From NCBI GenBank assembly GCA_951804945.1, contig OX638157.1, forward strand, positions 51,460,001 through 51,524,000: a DNA stretch of 64,000 bases. The letters are read 5' to 3'. Made by a program: the position numbers and the translations under genes. Each line of letters begins with the position of its first letter. Positions within the stretch are counted from its first letter, which is position 1. The stretch comes from Podarcis cretensis. Taxonomy: Eukaryota. Below are positions 24,950-37,045 of this stretch, piece after piece. The notes under the pieces are model-generated. The model saw only the letters and a program-made list of their open reading frames with translations. It had not been told where the DNA came from and searched no databases.

Positions 24950-25502
24950 TAGTTGTTGCTGTTGGCATCTGTCTGTCTCGGGGTACAGTGGAGGACTGTG
25001 CCTTTGGGGGTGAAGTCAAACTGCTGGAAGGTTACAGCACCTGCTGTGGCTGTAGAGACCAATATGGGAGAGACATGTTTTGTTGCAGATGAAAGAGTTG
25101 TGCAGAAAGAGTTGCTGCAGATGCAGTTGTGCTGCTGCTGATGCAGCATGGTGTTTCTTCTCTCTGCACTCCCCCCAGTGGTCATTCCTCCTCTGGTCAC
25201 TGCCATGGATGCATATCCTGACCTGACTGTCTTCGGGCACTGAGGTTGTCTGCAGGGTTGATGTTGCCAGCCTTCATGTCATGTTTGCAGACACCTTTGT
25301 AACACAGAGTTGGTCTGTCAATAGGCATAGTGCATGTAGCCAGCTTCTCGTAGAGCATGTCCTTGGGGATCCTGCTATCTTCCATTCTGTGGACATGACC
25401 AAGCCAGCATAGGCGTCACTGAGACAGGAGTGCAAACATGCTGGGAATGTGGGCTTGGGACAAGCACATCTTTGTTTGAGACTCCTTCCTGCCATGTGAT
25501 GC
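24950..25502 (-). mobile_element. 5'-truncated RTE-clade LINE (3' end of ORF plus microsatellite tail)
   Basis: The minus strand reads ITWQEGVSNKDVL...RLCWLGHVHRMEDSRIPKDMLYEKLA...CNKTCLSHIGLYSHSRCC, followed by a short 3'UTR and an (AAC)n-like tail. Confidence 0.9.
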
Positions 25503-27964
25503 AACTCTAGTTTTTTGGAAGCAAGTTCATATTGGGCTTGGGCTGGCTTTAGCTTAATCTTTAATCTGGTTTTTCATCCGCTATTTTCTGTTTTAGTGGG
25601 CTGATACTTTGAATTTACTGATAATTTCATTATGTTTTTATGTTGTGGTTCTTGTGTGTAGTTTGTTACTTATTAGAACCTTTCACATGGAGCTGTAAGA
25701 TTAAAGAAAGAAGTGAGCCATTCTCTAGAATTGTTTAATATTCTGAGCAATACAGCCGCAGAAATATTTGGAGAATTGGAAGAGTGCATTTGAAATAAGA
25801 AGCCTCATTTATGTGAGCTCCATTCTGAAAGCAGAAGCTTCTTACTTCAGATGCAGTACATTATTTAAGAGTTTATTAATTGCTTGGGTTTTGTCAGCAG
25901 GAAGCATATTTTACCCTAGGTAGTTTGACAAATTTGGCAGCTAAATGATGGATCTTCTAAGCAGGATATTACCCTAGGACAACAGATCTGTGAGGATTAT
26001 GTAGACAAGTGCTTTGAAGATGTAACATCCAGTATGAGCACTCTGGTTAATAAATGTGTAATGGGAGGCATGCTCACTGTGAAACATCTCTTGGGATAAT
26101 GCACTTTTATGGTCTTCAAAAACAAGCAGATATTGAGAAGAGGATATGTTGAGGTGGTTGAATTGTCATGTCCAGGCAAGGACCCTTTATTGAGAAGGTG
26201 TGATAATTAGCCAAATGTGTTTATTTGGTTAGGTCAGGGAAAGATGGCTGTGGCGAATAAGACACATGCAGGAGCAGCACCTGTACTGTTGTATCATAGA
26301 TAGGGAACTGAAACTCACCTTTAAATTTAAAATCATAATTACACAGCCTGGAATCCAAATGGCCTTCTTTTACTTATGGCAGCCCTCGTGCTTGCCCAAG
26401 AAATAATTATGGGGTGCTGCCAAAAGCTAAAGTCAGCATCCCTTCTCATGACATAAGTGATTTAGGTGGGCTTCTCTAGATTCCACCCATAATAGGAAAA
26501 CGGCTTGTGTGCAGCCCTTTTAGTCTTCAATCCTTACACAGACAAAGACTTAATTTTAGTACCAGTCTAAACACAAAGGAATAGAAGATGGAATATGAAA
26601 CAAAATTTAAAACACAAAACAAATGGAAAATATTGGAAAAAACAGAGTAGTTTGTATACATATAAAGGGGTGGGGATCAATACAACAAATGGTAGTGAGA
26701 TAACATTTTTAAAAAGTGAAAGCCGACACAGGGAAACTTGTTACACTCCTTGTTCAGACAGTAATGCTTGTTTAATCTTGCTGTTATAAATTTCTTGGTT
26801 GGCAGCAAAATGCATGGCACTAAGACATATACTGTATGAATGGAACAGTGAAGACGTCCAGAACCATTCATATCGAAGTCATTAATGATTTGCAGGCCAT
26901 TTATTTGCACTAATGATCAGAATCTTCAAACAGCATTTATACATTCTGCACGGCATTTGTATCACAAACTTTAAAAGGCCAGTCTCTTCTTTGTTTGTTT
27001 TTAATGTATTGAGTGTTAAATTCAGGAAGCAAGAGATCAAGAATACATGAACGGAAAGTGATAGAGAGGCACATTTCAGACTGGTGGCTAAAATAATTTA
27101 TTTTTCCTAGTGGATTAATATAATGTATTCTAAGGGTTGAAAAGTCATAGCTTTGAAGTGTACTCTGGATTTGAGTGAATTGGTTTGTTTTTTCGTATCA
27201 GTTTTATAATTGAAGCAAACTTCTTAAAAGTTGTTGAGCACGTAATTTAAAATAAAGACTTAAATTTAGTTTGTTTAATTTCAGTCTGCTCCTACAGACC
27301 TTTTCCGTATTCCCTTGGTGGTCTTTCAAAAGCCAGGTGTTTGGGATTGTCTCCAGCCTACTCAAAAAGCACCCCAGGCCTTGGATTAATGCATGAGAGC
27401 TGCTTTTTATTTCAGTCTGCCCATTTACATAATACCTCTAAATGGAATGTACAGTCAAATCAAACCAGACTCTTAGCTGGGCAGTGGTGCATGGTCTCTC
27501 TGCCCCCTCTGAATTTTTAAAATTGCCCTCCCCTAACTTGAGTTGATACAAACTGTGGCAGCATCTCTGTATCCATGTTGTACATATACACAGTACAGCA
27601 TTTAAAAATGCATAAAAGTATAAATGGCATAAAAGCATAAAAGGAGTCCATAAAAGGAGGACAAACCTAAGGAAGTTGTCCTTAGTTCACGAGAGTAATT
27701 TTAATATCAGAATTCCACATCCTATACATGTTATAATTGGCATGATTGTTGAGTACAAAACTCTCAAGCCTTGTGTCTTGCAGTTGACTTGAATATAGAA
27801 TGTCTTGAACAAGATAATCTAGATGCAGTGTTAATTCTGTACTAAAATACTAATACAGGGGCCAACTTGTTCAGATCTGGAGGCACCACATTATACAGCA
27901 TGTTAAAAGTATGTACTTTCAATACCCACCCCAACACCTTTAAAAGGGCATCAGATGTCAATCA

Positions 27965-28053
27965 GCCAAAGCCTGGTTGAAAAAGAACATTTTCACTTGG
28001 CGCCTAAAGGTGTATAATGAAGGTGCCAGCCAAACTTCCCTGGGGAGAGCATT
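27965..28053 (-). mobile_element. L2 LINE 3' fragment
   Basis: The minus strand reads NALPREVWLAPSLYTFRRQVKMFFFNQA, the L2 ORF2 C-terminus. Confidence 0.75.
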
Positions 28054-28108
28054 ACTCTGCAGATGGTCCATTGGCCTGATCCAGCAGGCTATTATTATGT
28101 TATTAATA

Positions 28109-28265
28109 AATCCTATACACACCTACCTGAGAGTAAGTCCTGTTAAACTCAGTGGGGCTTGTACAGGATTGCACTGTGAGACTGCAATCATTCACACACC
28201 TGAGAATAAGTCCTGCTGAAATCAGTGAGACTTGTTTCTCAATAGCCTCATCTAGGATTGTGTTG
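28109..28265. repeat. Two tandem copies of the short foldback family
   Basis: aatcctatacacacctacctgagagtaagtcc...aggattgca, followed by tgcaatcattcacacacctgagaataagtcc...taggattg. Confidence 0.6.
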
Positions 28266-30299
28266 TGAAATGAGAAACCTTCTTTGCATAACTATACCTT
28301 TTGGTAAATTACCGTATCTGGAATGAAGAAATGGTACAAAGTAAGAGTAAATGAGAATCAATCTTTCATAAGCATGTTAATGTACTGCAACTTCTATTTC
28401 TGAGGGTTATGGATTTTCATATGTAAAATTTTAAAGTTTATTACTGTAACATTGCATAATGAACTGATGTCTAACATAGCCAACCACCATAGGCCAAAGC
28501 AGAAGGTATAATGAAAAATCACAGTAAATATCCAGTTTAAAATAATAAAACAGTATTTAAAACAAAAATCAGACTAATCCAATTGAAATGTATTATTTTA
28601 ACTCACTGTTAGTAGTAGTAGTACTAGTAGGACTGTAGTAGTAATAATATAATCGGTTTTGGAGAGCAACTCATTTGGGATACCATTTCTCAATATGTTT
28701 CTGTGTTCTTTCTAAAGCTACGAACAAAAGCTGTTCTTTTTATATTTATTATATTTGATATACTTCATAAAATGATATATCTAGATATTGCATAAATAAA
28801 GAGAGAATAAAAAGCTTAATGATAAAACCACGGTAAATGTGACACAACCAGCATAAAATCTCTACTACAAAACTAGCCTCATTATACTTGTTTACCAAAT
28901 GAGAAGGTTTTGATAAATGTTATTTTTTTCAAAAATAAAAAAGTTAAGGCAAGGAAGATCTGCCAGGATGAGCAGCTTGGGATGCAGTGGATCTATGGAT
29001 CATCTGGTGTTAACGCCCCAACGCTCAAGCACGGATGTTCTGGTGTAACTTGTTCAGCCGGGGCTGAGCCTGTTGAACTGAAGCTGGCTAAGTCAAGGCT
29101 GATGTAAGTCCCATAAAAGCTGGTGTAATGGGGTAGAACCAGAGAGGGGAGCTTTAGACTTGATCCTAAGCCTCAGTCACATGACCTGGCCACTCAGCAT
29201 AAAGCATCATTTTAAAGGCTTATTTTCCTTCTTCAAGGCTTAGGCAGAGCAGCAGCAACCCTATTTCTGGATGCCGTTTGGATGTTGTGTAACTTTACGC
29301 TGGCTTAAGTTGTACCAGCTTGCTTTACCCCAGCTTCTCATACCTAAGATTGCTCACTAAGGTACTTGGTGAACTAGAGGTCAGAAGCTAAATCCAGCAT
29401 TTGAGTGCAGAAGACAAAATAAATGATGGAGAATTCGGTTCTCAGTCTGATCAAATCCACAAATGCAAAAGAAGAAATAATAGCTAATGCTATTAAAATG
29501 CCATCCTGCTGAAAGCACAGACAAAAACCGTGAAAGCCCTGTTAGGTCGCATAAGGGTGAAAATGCAAGTAATAATTCAATGTTTAGTCTAACTTGAATT
29601 ATATTGGCTATAAATATAACCTTGATAATGAATAGCTGATGTATTCAAATAATAATGATTGAGCCAACTATTCTGATTTACCTGAACAATTATAATAACT
29701 AGACGTTTCTCTTGTTCCTATCTTTGCTACAAAGAGGGTTGGCATACCCTTCAGTATACCAAGGACTCTCCTTAGAAACATTATGAACACTTTCTAAATT
29801 CTTTCCACTCTTCTTCTGTTCTGTTCCTTGATTATGGAGAACCCCACAGCATACAAATCCTGAGTGCTGGGACTGAATTCAAGTCATGGCATGGCATTTT
29901 GAAGGCTGTAGCCTTCTTCACAAACAGCAAACTTAGTATATAAAAAAGTAAACCACCGCCCATGAAATCTTATGCCATTTTGTAATTAATTTTTTTAATA
30001 GTCTTAAGGCACTATCAAGACATTTTATATTTGTGGCTGAAGTACAGGTACTGTTACCAACATTTTGACTTTAACACAAATGCTCATTTCCAAAGCCCAC
30101 AGCTGAATATCATAAGTCAAATTCAGTATTTAAATTTGTAGAAGAATTGTAGCAGCCCATTCTGAAGTTTTAAGAGTCATGAAAACCTATGGTGGCAAAC
30201 AGATTTTTCCCAGTTCTAAAAATGTGTGAATCAAATTGGCACCTGCAAATTATGTATAAGGAGGAAATATGGGGCTTTGGTGAATTCATTTATTGTGAT

Positions 30300-30853
30300 C
30301 AGGGGTCAGCAAAAATGTTTAGCCGCGGGCCGGTCCACTGTCCCTCAGACCTTGTGGCGGGTTGGAGAAGCAGCACCGGAGGGGGGCTAGAAGAAGAGGT
30401 GAGGGGGGGAAGTAGTCCTCCTCCCCACCACCAGCCGCTGTGCTTAACTTCCCGGGGCTGCCGCCGTCACCACTACCACTGCTGCTGCTTCTCATGGGTA
30501 GGCAGAGCAAGCTCGTCTGCTTCGCTCTCTGGCCCACAGAGCACCAGGGCGACGGGGGAGGGAAGATGAGTGGCGCGAAAGGGCTGGCTCTGGAGAGGGG
30601 CTGCTTACAGTGGCACTCAGCCAGCTCAGCCCAGCCCCCTTCCTCCTCTAGGCAGGGCGGGGAGAAGCCAGGAGGAGGGAGGGAGGAGGCGCCGATACGG
30701 TGTGTGTGAGGGAGGGGTGGAATGGAATGGCACGGGCGGGGAATGGTGCAGCCTGAACAGAATCCCCATGCCAATCCATGGACAATCTGAGGGCCGGATC
30801 CTGAAGGCAATTGGGCCTGATCCGGCTCGCAGACCTTAGTCTGCCGACCCCTG
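30300..30853. mobile_element. hAT non-autonomous element, GC-rich
   Basis: TIRs CAGGGGTCAGCAAA / TCTGCCGACCCCTG; 8-bp TSD ATTGTGAT / GTTGTGAT (7/8 match). Confidence 0.9.
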
Positions 30854-31380
30854 GTTGTGATTCTTTCCAGAATAAAATTTGCCAAGGTCCATCCTTGCAG
30901 TGTTTTTGAGAGCACAGGCTGGCAATCTATGCATAAAAAGAAAAAGCATCTATAAGTATTCAATTACTGAAGTTATTATTCATGCCTGATGACTGACTTC
31001 CAAAAGTTTGTTTAAGAGAGGAAAACCAATTTAGTATATCTGATCAAGTATTAGCTCTTACTAATGTAAAAGAAGGATTAAACAAGATGTTTACAATGGG
31101 AAAGACAGAAAGAAAGAGAGGACTCTGCAAACCTAATTTGTTCAAATCTTGTGAGATGTGACAGGCCAGGCTTCCGCAATACTGCAAAGCTTACCAGTTG
31201 CTGCAAGAATGCATTTGATCATGCCGGCCCAGGGCAGGAAAGACGGTTAGCAGTTTTCTACCAGCCTACAAACCTCCCCTCTTCTGTGGGTGTTGCCATG
31301 GGTTGCAGGAGTATTTGGCTAATATCAAGGCTAGTCCTTGTTTCAACATGGATTTGAAAATGATTTGCCCAGCATTACTA

Positions 31381-31740
31381 CCATATTTTTCACCCTATAG
31401 GACGCACCGTCTCATAAGGCACACCTAGTTTTTTTGGGGGGAAATAAAGGGGAAAAAATATTTTCCCCCCAGGCGCGGGGCTGGGGCGGGGGAGGCCCGA
31501 GCTTCCCCCGACCCCAGCCCCCAAACAGGCAGCTCTCTGCAAGCTGTGGGAGCCCAGCGCTGGCTCCCGCTGCTTGCGGAGAGGTCCGCGAAGCCTGGAG
31601 AGCGAGAGGGGTCGGTGCGCACCGACCCCTCTCGCTCTCCAGGCTTCAGCGAAAGCCTGCATTTGCCCCATAGGACGCACACACATTTCCCCTTCATTTT
31701 TGGAGGGAGAAAAGTGCGTCCTATAGGGCGAAAAATACGG
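31381..31740. mobile_element. Tc1/mariner-superfamily (Tc2/pogo-type CCGT-end) MITE, young
   Basis: TA|CCATATTTTTCACCCTATAGGACGCAC ... GTGCGTCCTATAGGGCGAAAAATACGG|TA. Confidence 0.92.
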
Positions 31741-32069
31741 TAGTTATGTGCTGAGGATTGAGCCTACCCTTCTTTGAGGGTGGAATTCAGCATCACACTA
31801 TTGCAATCATTCTGTCAGCACAACTATTTGTGCTTGTCAGATGAAACAATCCCCTTCATTCTTCTCCCATATGCTGTTCTAGGAGATCGCCTGACCCACC
31901 TGAGCCAATTTGGGGGATATGGGAGGAGGAGGGAAAAGCCCTGTTAAAGCTTGACCTTTTGAATCTCCCAGTCCTGTATAAAAAATGAGAGGTCTAACTA
32001 TTACCCACAGCAGCTTTTTTGAGGTGTGGCAACTGACAGTTCATAGGCTGCATACAATGCAGCTGGCTT

Positions 32070-32702
32070 CAGTATTTTTTGCTCCATAAGACACACTTTT
32101 TTCCTCCTATAAAGTAAGGGGGTGATGTCTGTGCATCTTATGGACCGAATGCACTGGACGGCAGAGGGATCCCTTGGCTGCTGCTGCAGTCACGAGCTGA
32201 GGGATGCCTCCGCAGCCGGAGCCATGGCTCCCGTCCATCGCTCGCTGTAAAGCCAGCAAAGCAAGAACCGCTGACACGCTCTGCGCAGCTCTCGCTATTC
32301 TTGCATTAAAGCAAGAGCCACGGAGAACGTGTCAGTCCTTCTTGCTCTGCTGGATTTACAGTGAGGCAGGAGAAGGGATGGACGGGAACCATGGCTCCCG
32401 TCCACCCCTCATCCCGCCTCGCTGTAAAGCAAGTAAAGCACCTGTCCCGGTGTCTCCTCCTCCTCTTCTTGCTCCGGCATCGCCTCGCTGTAAAGCGAGG
32501 CGAGAGGAGGGATGGGCAAGCAAAGTGAAAGCTGTGCAAAGTGGGACAGAAGCCATGTAAGCTGCTCTCGCTTTGCTTGCTTTAGAGCAAGAAAAGCAAG
32601 AGCCGCTTACACGCTCTGCAGAATATATATTTTCTTGTTTTCCTCCTCTAAAAACTAGGTGTGTCTTGTGGTCAGGTGTGTCTTATGGAGCAAAAAATAC
32701 GG
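32070..32702. mobile_element. Related Tc1/mariner-superfamily MITE, longer and older
   Basis: CAGTATTTTTTGCTCCATAAGACACAC ... GTGTGTCTTATGGAGCAAAAAATACGG|TA. Internal repeated ccatggctcccgtcca and ctcgctgtaaagc modules. Confidence 0.88.
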
Positions 32703-32833
32703 TAATTTACCTTTGTTTCCAACTTATAAAAAGACCCATATTCTGTTCATAAGCATTCTTTCAGATTTTTGTATGTACACAACATTTTGAAAATATTTTT
32801 CCTCAGACCTCCTGATTCTCCCCAAGACCTATA

Positions 32834-33058
32834 CAGTGGTACCTCAGGTTACAGATGCTTCAGGTTACAGACACTTCAGGTTATGGACTCCGCTAACCCA
32901 GAGATAGTACTTCCGTTTAAGAACTTTGCTTCAGGATGAGAACAGAAATCACACGGCGGTGGCGCAGCGACAGCGGGAGGCCCCATCAGCTAAAGTGGTA
33001 CCTCAGGTTAAGAACAGACCTCTGGAACGAATTAAGTTCTTAACCCGAGGTACCACTG
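32834..33058 (+). mobile_element. Tigger/pogo-like MITE, family A
   Basis: TA|CAGTGGTACCTCAGGTTA ... TAACCCGAGGTACCACTG|TA. Confidence 0.92.
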
Positions 33059-33350
33059 TAAACTTTTTTCACATCACATCACAAGTAGTGTCAGGCCTTG
33101 GCTTATGCACTTTCTCTTCCCTCTGCTTCTGCAGTGTGACTGTGAGGAGATTGGGAAGCTTTCAATGGAGGCCGTGCTCTGAATATGTTTGAAGACCAGG
33201 TTGAGTGGCTGTCAGTAATAGGTCCTTCCCAGTGGGAGAGCCTTCTCCTTTGAACTCCCTCCACCAATGATCCAGTCATCTGTTGCTTTGTAACTCTGTT
33301 GCTGAGGTCCAAGATGAGCCAGGAGTTGTTCCAGGACAAAGTCAAGATAG

Positions 33351-33418
33351 TCATCCCTAGCTAACAGGACCAGTGGTCAGGGATGATGGGAGTTGAGGGC
33401 CAAGTTTGCCTATGCCTG
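33351..33418 (-). mobile_element. Partial copy of the 136-bp hAT MITE seen at 47405
   Basis: tcatccctagctaacaggaccagtggtcagggatgatgggag...gggccaagtttgcctatgcctg. Confidence 0.8.
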
Positions 33419-34639
33419 TAGTAGGACAACCTAGGAAGTAGAATTGGAGAGCAAGCCAGTGGCATAGCATCTGTTAATGAGCTTAGGTGAACAGGGATAT
33501 GCTTTTGTTTTGTGTATATTTTATACAGGTTTCATGTGATGGTAAAGTGACATTTTGAAACCATTGGAAAGGAAGAAAATACTTTGGCTCAACAAAAATT
33601 AATTAGGACAAAAGCAGTAAGGGACCAAAACCCAGTTGCTTAAGAATGCTTTTTTAACAGCTGTAAAATGAGAACTTGCTAGCTCATTTGTTAATATAAT
33701 TATATAAAAAGACATTTTTATATTTCCCTATTCTAGTATTAAAAATAGGTTTTGTCAAGCAGTAACAATTTATTCCTTATGGAAACTGCTCCATTATTAT
33801 CTGATGGGCATTTTACATCCATAAAAAGAAATGAGTTAAAGAAAATTAAACAGTATTTTAAAGACTTGGACAGTATGTGGCACGCTAACAACAATATTTA
33901 TCTAAAGAGATTGTAGGAAGGAGACGCTTCATTTTGCATTCCAGTGGCTTAAGTCAACAGTCAAACACAACCCAATGCAAAAATCCATGTCAAGTGCTTG
34001 GAAGTAAACCTTGCATTTCAATCAATTGGAGCAAATTGGTTTAAATGTGTATTCTGGCTTACTAGTTTGTGGATCACAGCCTAAAGACAATCATTCTAAA
34101 CTGTTTTAGTATTTCAAATTGTATGTGGAAAATATATGTGCTTAATTTTTCTTATCCTACAATGCACTTTATGGAACAGTTCCTTGTGTAACTTCACTTA
34201 AAAAATGACAGTTACTTCTGTTCACCATTACTTTCCTTCTCATTGAGAATCTCTGATAAGCTGCTGAAGATATTTGGCCATGGTCACATAGTTTACTGGT
34301 GCCAAGACCTAACTGAACTGCATATGCCATTACATGAAGCCCCAGCTGTTGGACTATAGCTGAAATTATGAAACAACATTTAAATCCACTTAAAATGTCA
34401 ATATTCATTAATATTATTTGTTTAAATAATAGACATCCATGAATAGGCATAACTAGGGCAGATAGATTTAAATCAAGTTCCCATTGATACTTCTTTATTA
34501 GTTTCCTAAACAATGATGTAAATCTAGCAACTAAAATAATGTTGCTTTACAACTAAATTGCATCCTATTTAGCCAGGCCCTGCACCTGTTTGTCACACTG
34601 TGTATATTTTGCATACATTCCTTTTTTTAACCTATAGAG

Positions 34640-34811
34640 TAGGAGCTCTAAATCTGTGGTGTATGGGCCCCTATGGTGTCTGTGAACTGGGCACAACCCC
34701 CAAATGATTTATTTCAAAATTATATTTGTGAGTACAGTTGTGGCGAGGGGATCCATATCTTTCATCAGATTCTCTAAGGGTACATGACCCCAAAAAGTTT
34801 AAGAACCACTG
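34640..34811. mobile_element. Old hAT-Charlie-like MITE
   Basis: Right end ctttcatcagattctctaagggtacatgaccccaaaaagtttaagaaccactg; TSD CTATAGAG / CTATAAAG (7/8 match). Confidence 0.7.
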
Positions 34812-35084
34812 CTATAAAGGGCATGTCTTCAAACTTTTCTCATGTAGAATCTTTCTTGCAACCAGCAGCCATGACCTACATACTGGACAATTGTGTCTTT
34901 TCTTCTTTCCAGTGTTGCTCCTTTTTGCTTTACTCTGTCTTGAACCATCACCACCCTTTCAAAAAGAAAGTAGCAAACAAAATTAGATGTCAGTGTCTGA
35001 TAGTTACTGGGCAGCGGTTTAATTTGGTCAGCTGAAAAACGTATGTTTGTGGACTGCCTTCATCAGTTTTGTCTGGTGGCCCAT

Positions 35085-35490
35085 CTGCACCCCTATGTGG
35101 ACAGTGATAGCCGAACTTCTGTTGTCTGTGCTCTGGTAACCTCTGCTGTAGCATGTTATACATGGAGCTGTGTCTGAAGACAGTTTGGAAACTTCAGCTG
35201 GTGCAGAATTTAGAGGCCAGGTTGCTCACCAGGGCAAAATGCTTTGAGCATATAACACCAATCCAGACTTGGTTTGCACTTGCTGCCAATTGGTTTCCAG
35301 GCCCAATTTAAAGTGCTGGTTTTGACCTAAAAAGTCTTAAATGGCCCAGGACCACAGTATCTCAAGGAGTAGCTCTCCCCGTATGAATGAACGCAGAACC
35401 TGTGATTGTCATCTGAGGCCCGTTTTTGTGTGCTTCCTCCCTGAGAGGTTCAGAGGGTGGAAATGCAAGAACGGGCCTTTTCTGTGGTGA
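35085..35490 (+). mobile_element. L2 LINE ORF2 3' fragment
   Basis: LKTVWKLQLVQNLEARLLT...EHITPI...LPIGFQAQFKVLVLT*KVLNGPGPQYLK. Confidence 0.85.
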
Positions 35491-35494
35491 CCAG

Positions 35495-35730
35495 TGTGAG
35501 TAGATATATAGATACCGCTGCCGTGGGAAGGTAAACAGTGTTTCCATGTGCTCTGGCACATATCACGGTGTCCCATGATGCCAGAAGCAGTTTAGTCATG
35601 CTGGCCACATTACCTGGAAAGCTGACTGCAGACAAACGGCGGCTTGGCCTGAAGCAAGATGAGCACTGCATCCCATAGTCACCTTTGACTGGACTTAACT
35701 GTCCAGGGGTCCTTTACCTTTACCTACCTT
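35495..35730 (+). mobile_element. 5'-truncated Sauria SINE (different subfamily)
   Basis: gtagatatatagataccgct...gggaaggtaaac...gtcatgctggccaca...ggggtcctttacctttacc. Confidence 0.88.
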
Positions 35731-36830
35731 ACTCACTGAAGAGAAAGGAAAAACATATTTGTTCATATTCACCATTAGATCATTGTGAAAAGCCTGCAAA
35801 GCACAGTTACATGTCTCCTGTTTCTGGAAAAGGCACACCTTCTTAATTAACCCACTAACCTACTAATAAACTAACCTACTTTATTACCATTAGCTTTTAT
35901 CAAAACACGAGAGGAAATATTTCTTAGAATCTACCAGGCACTGTTGGTGAGCAATATTCCTTTATTTCAATGTGTCCTGAATGGAGATTAAGCAGCAATA
36001 CAGTGGAGGTTAAGCAAGGAGCAGTCCTTAATGGATTACATCAACTGCAGTAGCAGCATCTTTTGTTGGGTAAGGAAATCCTTACCTATCTCTGGTTTAA
36101 GTACCTTTTATAGTTTCTCTTGGTATTTTTTTCTATCAAGAGAGAATTACCATTTTATGAAAGCTGTTTGTAGAATACCTTTGTGGTTGAAAGGCCGTAA
36201 CCTTGAATGTCCTGAACGCAGAGCCTCTACTAAAGCAAATTAGGATATCAAATGTATATATTTTATTTTACATTGGAGAAAATATGCAGCAAGAACTTAA
36301 CTGAATAATACATTACACATATAATTACTGCTGAAAGGGTTTGTGTTGATAGCCCAATTCAGCTCAGACTGGCATTATATGCTCAGAAGCAGGCTTCTAG
36401 TGTGTATGTACCCATAATTGTGAAACTGTGAAATAGATGTTGAATGCCTTTCCTTTCTTGCCAAACAGTTGCTTAGGGTTCCTGTCTGCTTCTTGCAAAT
36501 TCCATTGGATTAGGGAGTCATATATGAGCCACTTTTGTGTATGTGAATATGCACATAAAATACCTAAAAGCCCTGCTATTCTATCTAGTTCTGTATCCTG
36601 TTTCTCATAGTAGACAACCAGGTAGGTGGTTTTATGTAGGTTTCTTAAAAAACTGTAAATTGGTTTATTTAATGAAATTGTAGTATACAAATACTTTTTT
36701 TAACAAATAAATAGATGCCTATGGAAATACCACAAACAGAACATGTGGGGAATAGAACTCTTCCACTGTTGTTCCCCAACAACTGACACTTGGAAGAATG
36801 CTGCCTCCAATCCCAGAGGTAGCATATGTA

Positions 36831-37045
36831 CAGTGGTACCTTGGGTTACATACGCTCCAGGTTACAGACTCTGCTAACCCAGAAATAGTACCTTGGATTA
36901 AGAACTTTGCTTCAGTATGAGAACAGAAATTGTGCGGCGGCAGTGGGAGGTCCCATTAGCGAAAGTGGTACCTCGGGTTAAGAACAGTTTCAGGTTAAGA
37001 ATGGAACTCCAGAACGAATTAAGTTCTTAACCCGAGGTACCACTG
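36831..37045 (+). mobile_element. Tigger/pogo-like MITE, family A
   Basis: TA|CAGTGGTACCTTGGGTTA ... TAACCCGAGGTACCACTG|TA. Confidence 0.92.

Noticed and set aside
27286-27336. Possible small exon (tttcag|TCTG...CCAG|gtgttt)
   Set aside because: Weak donor and no recognisable peptide.
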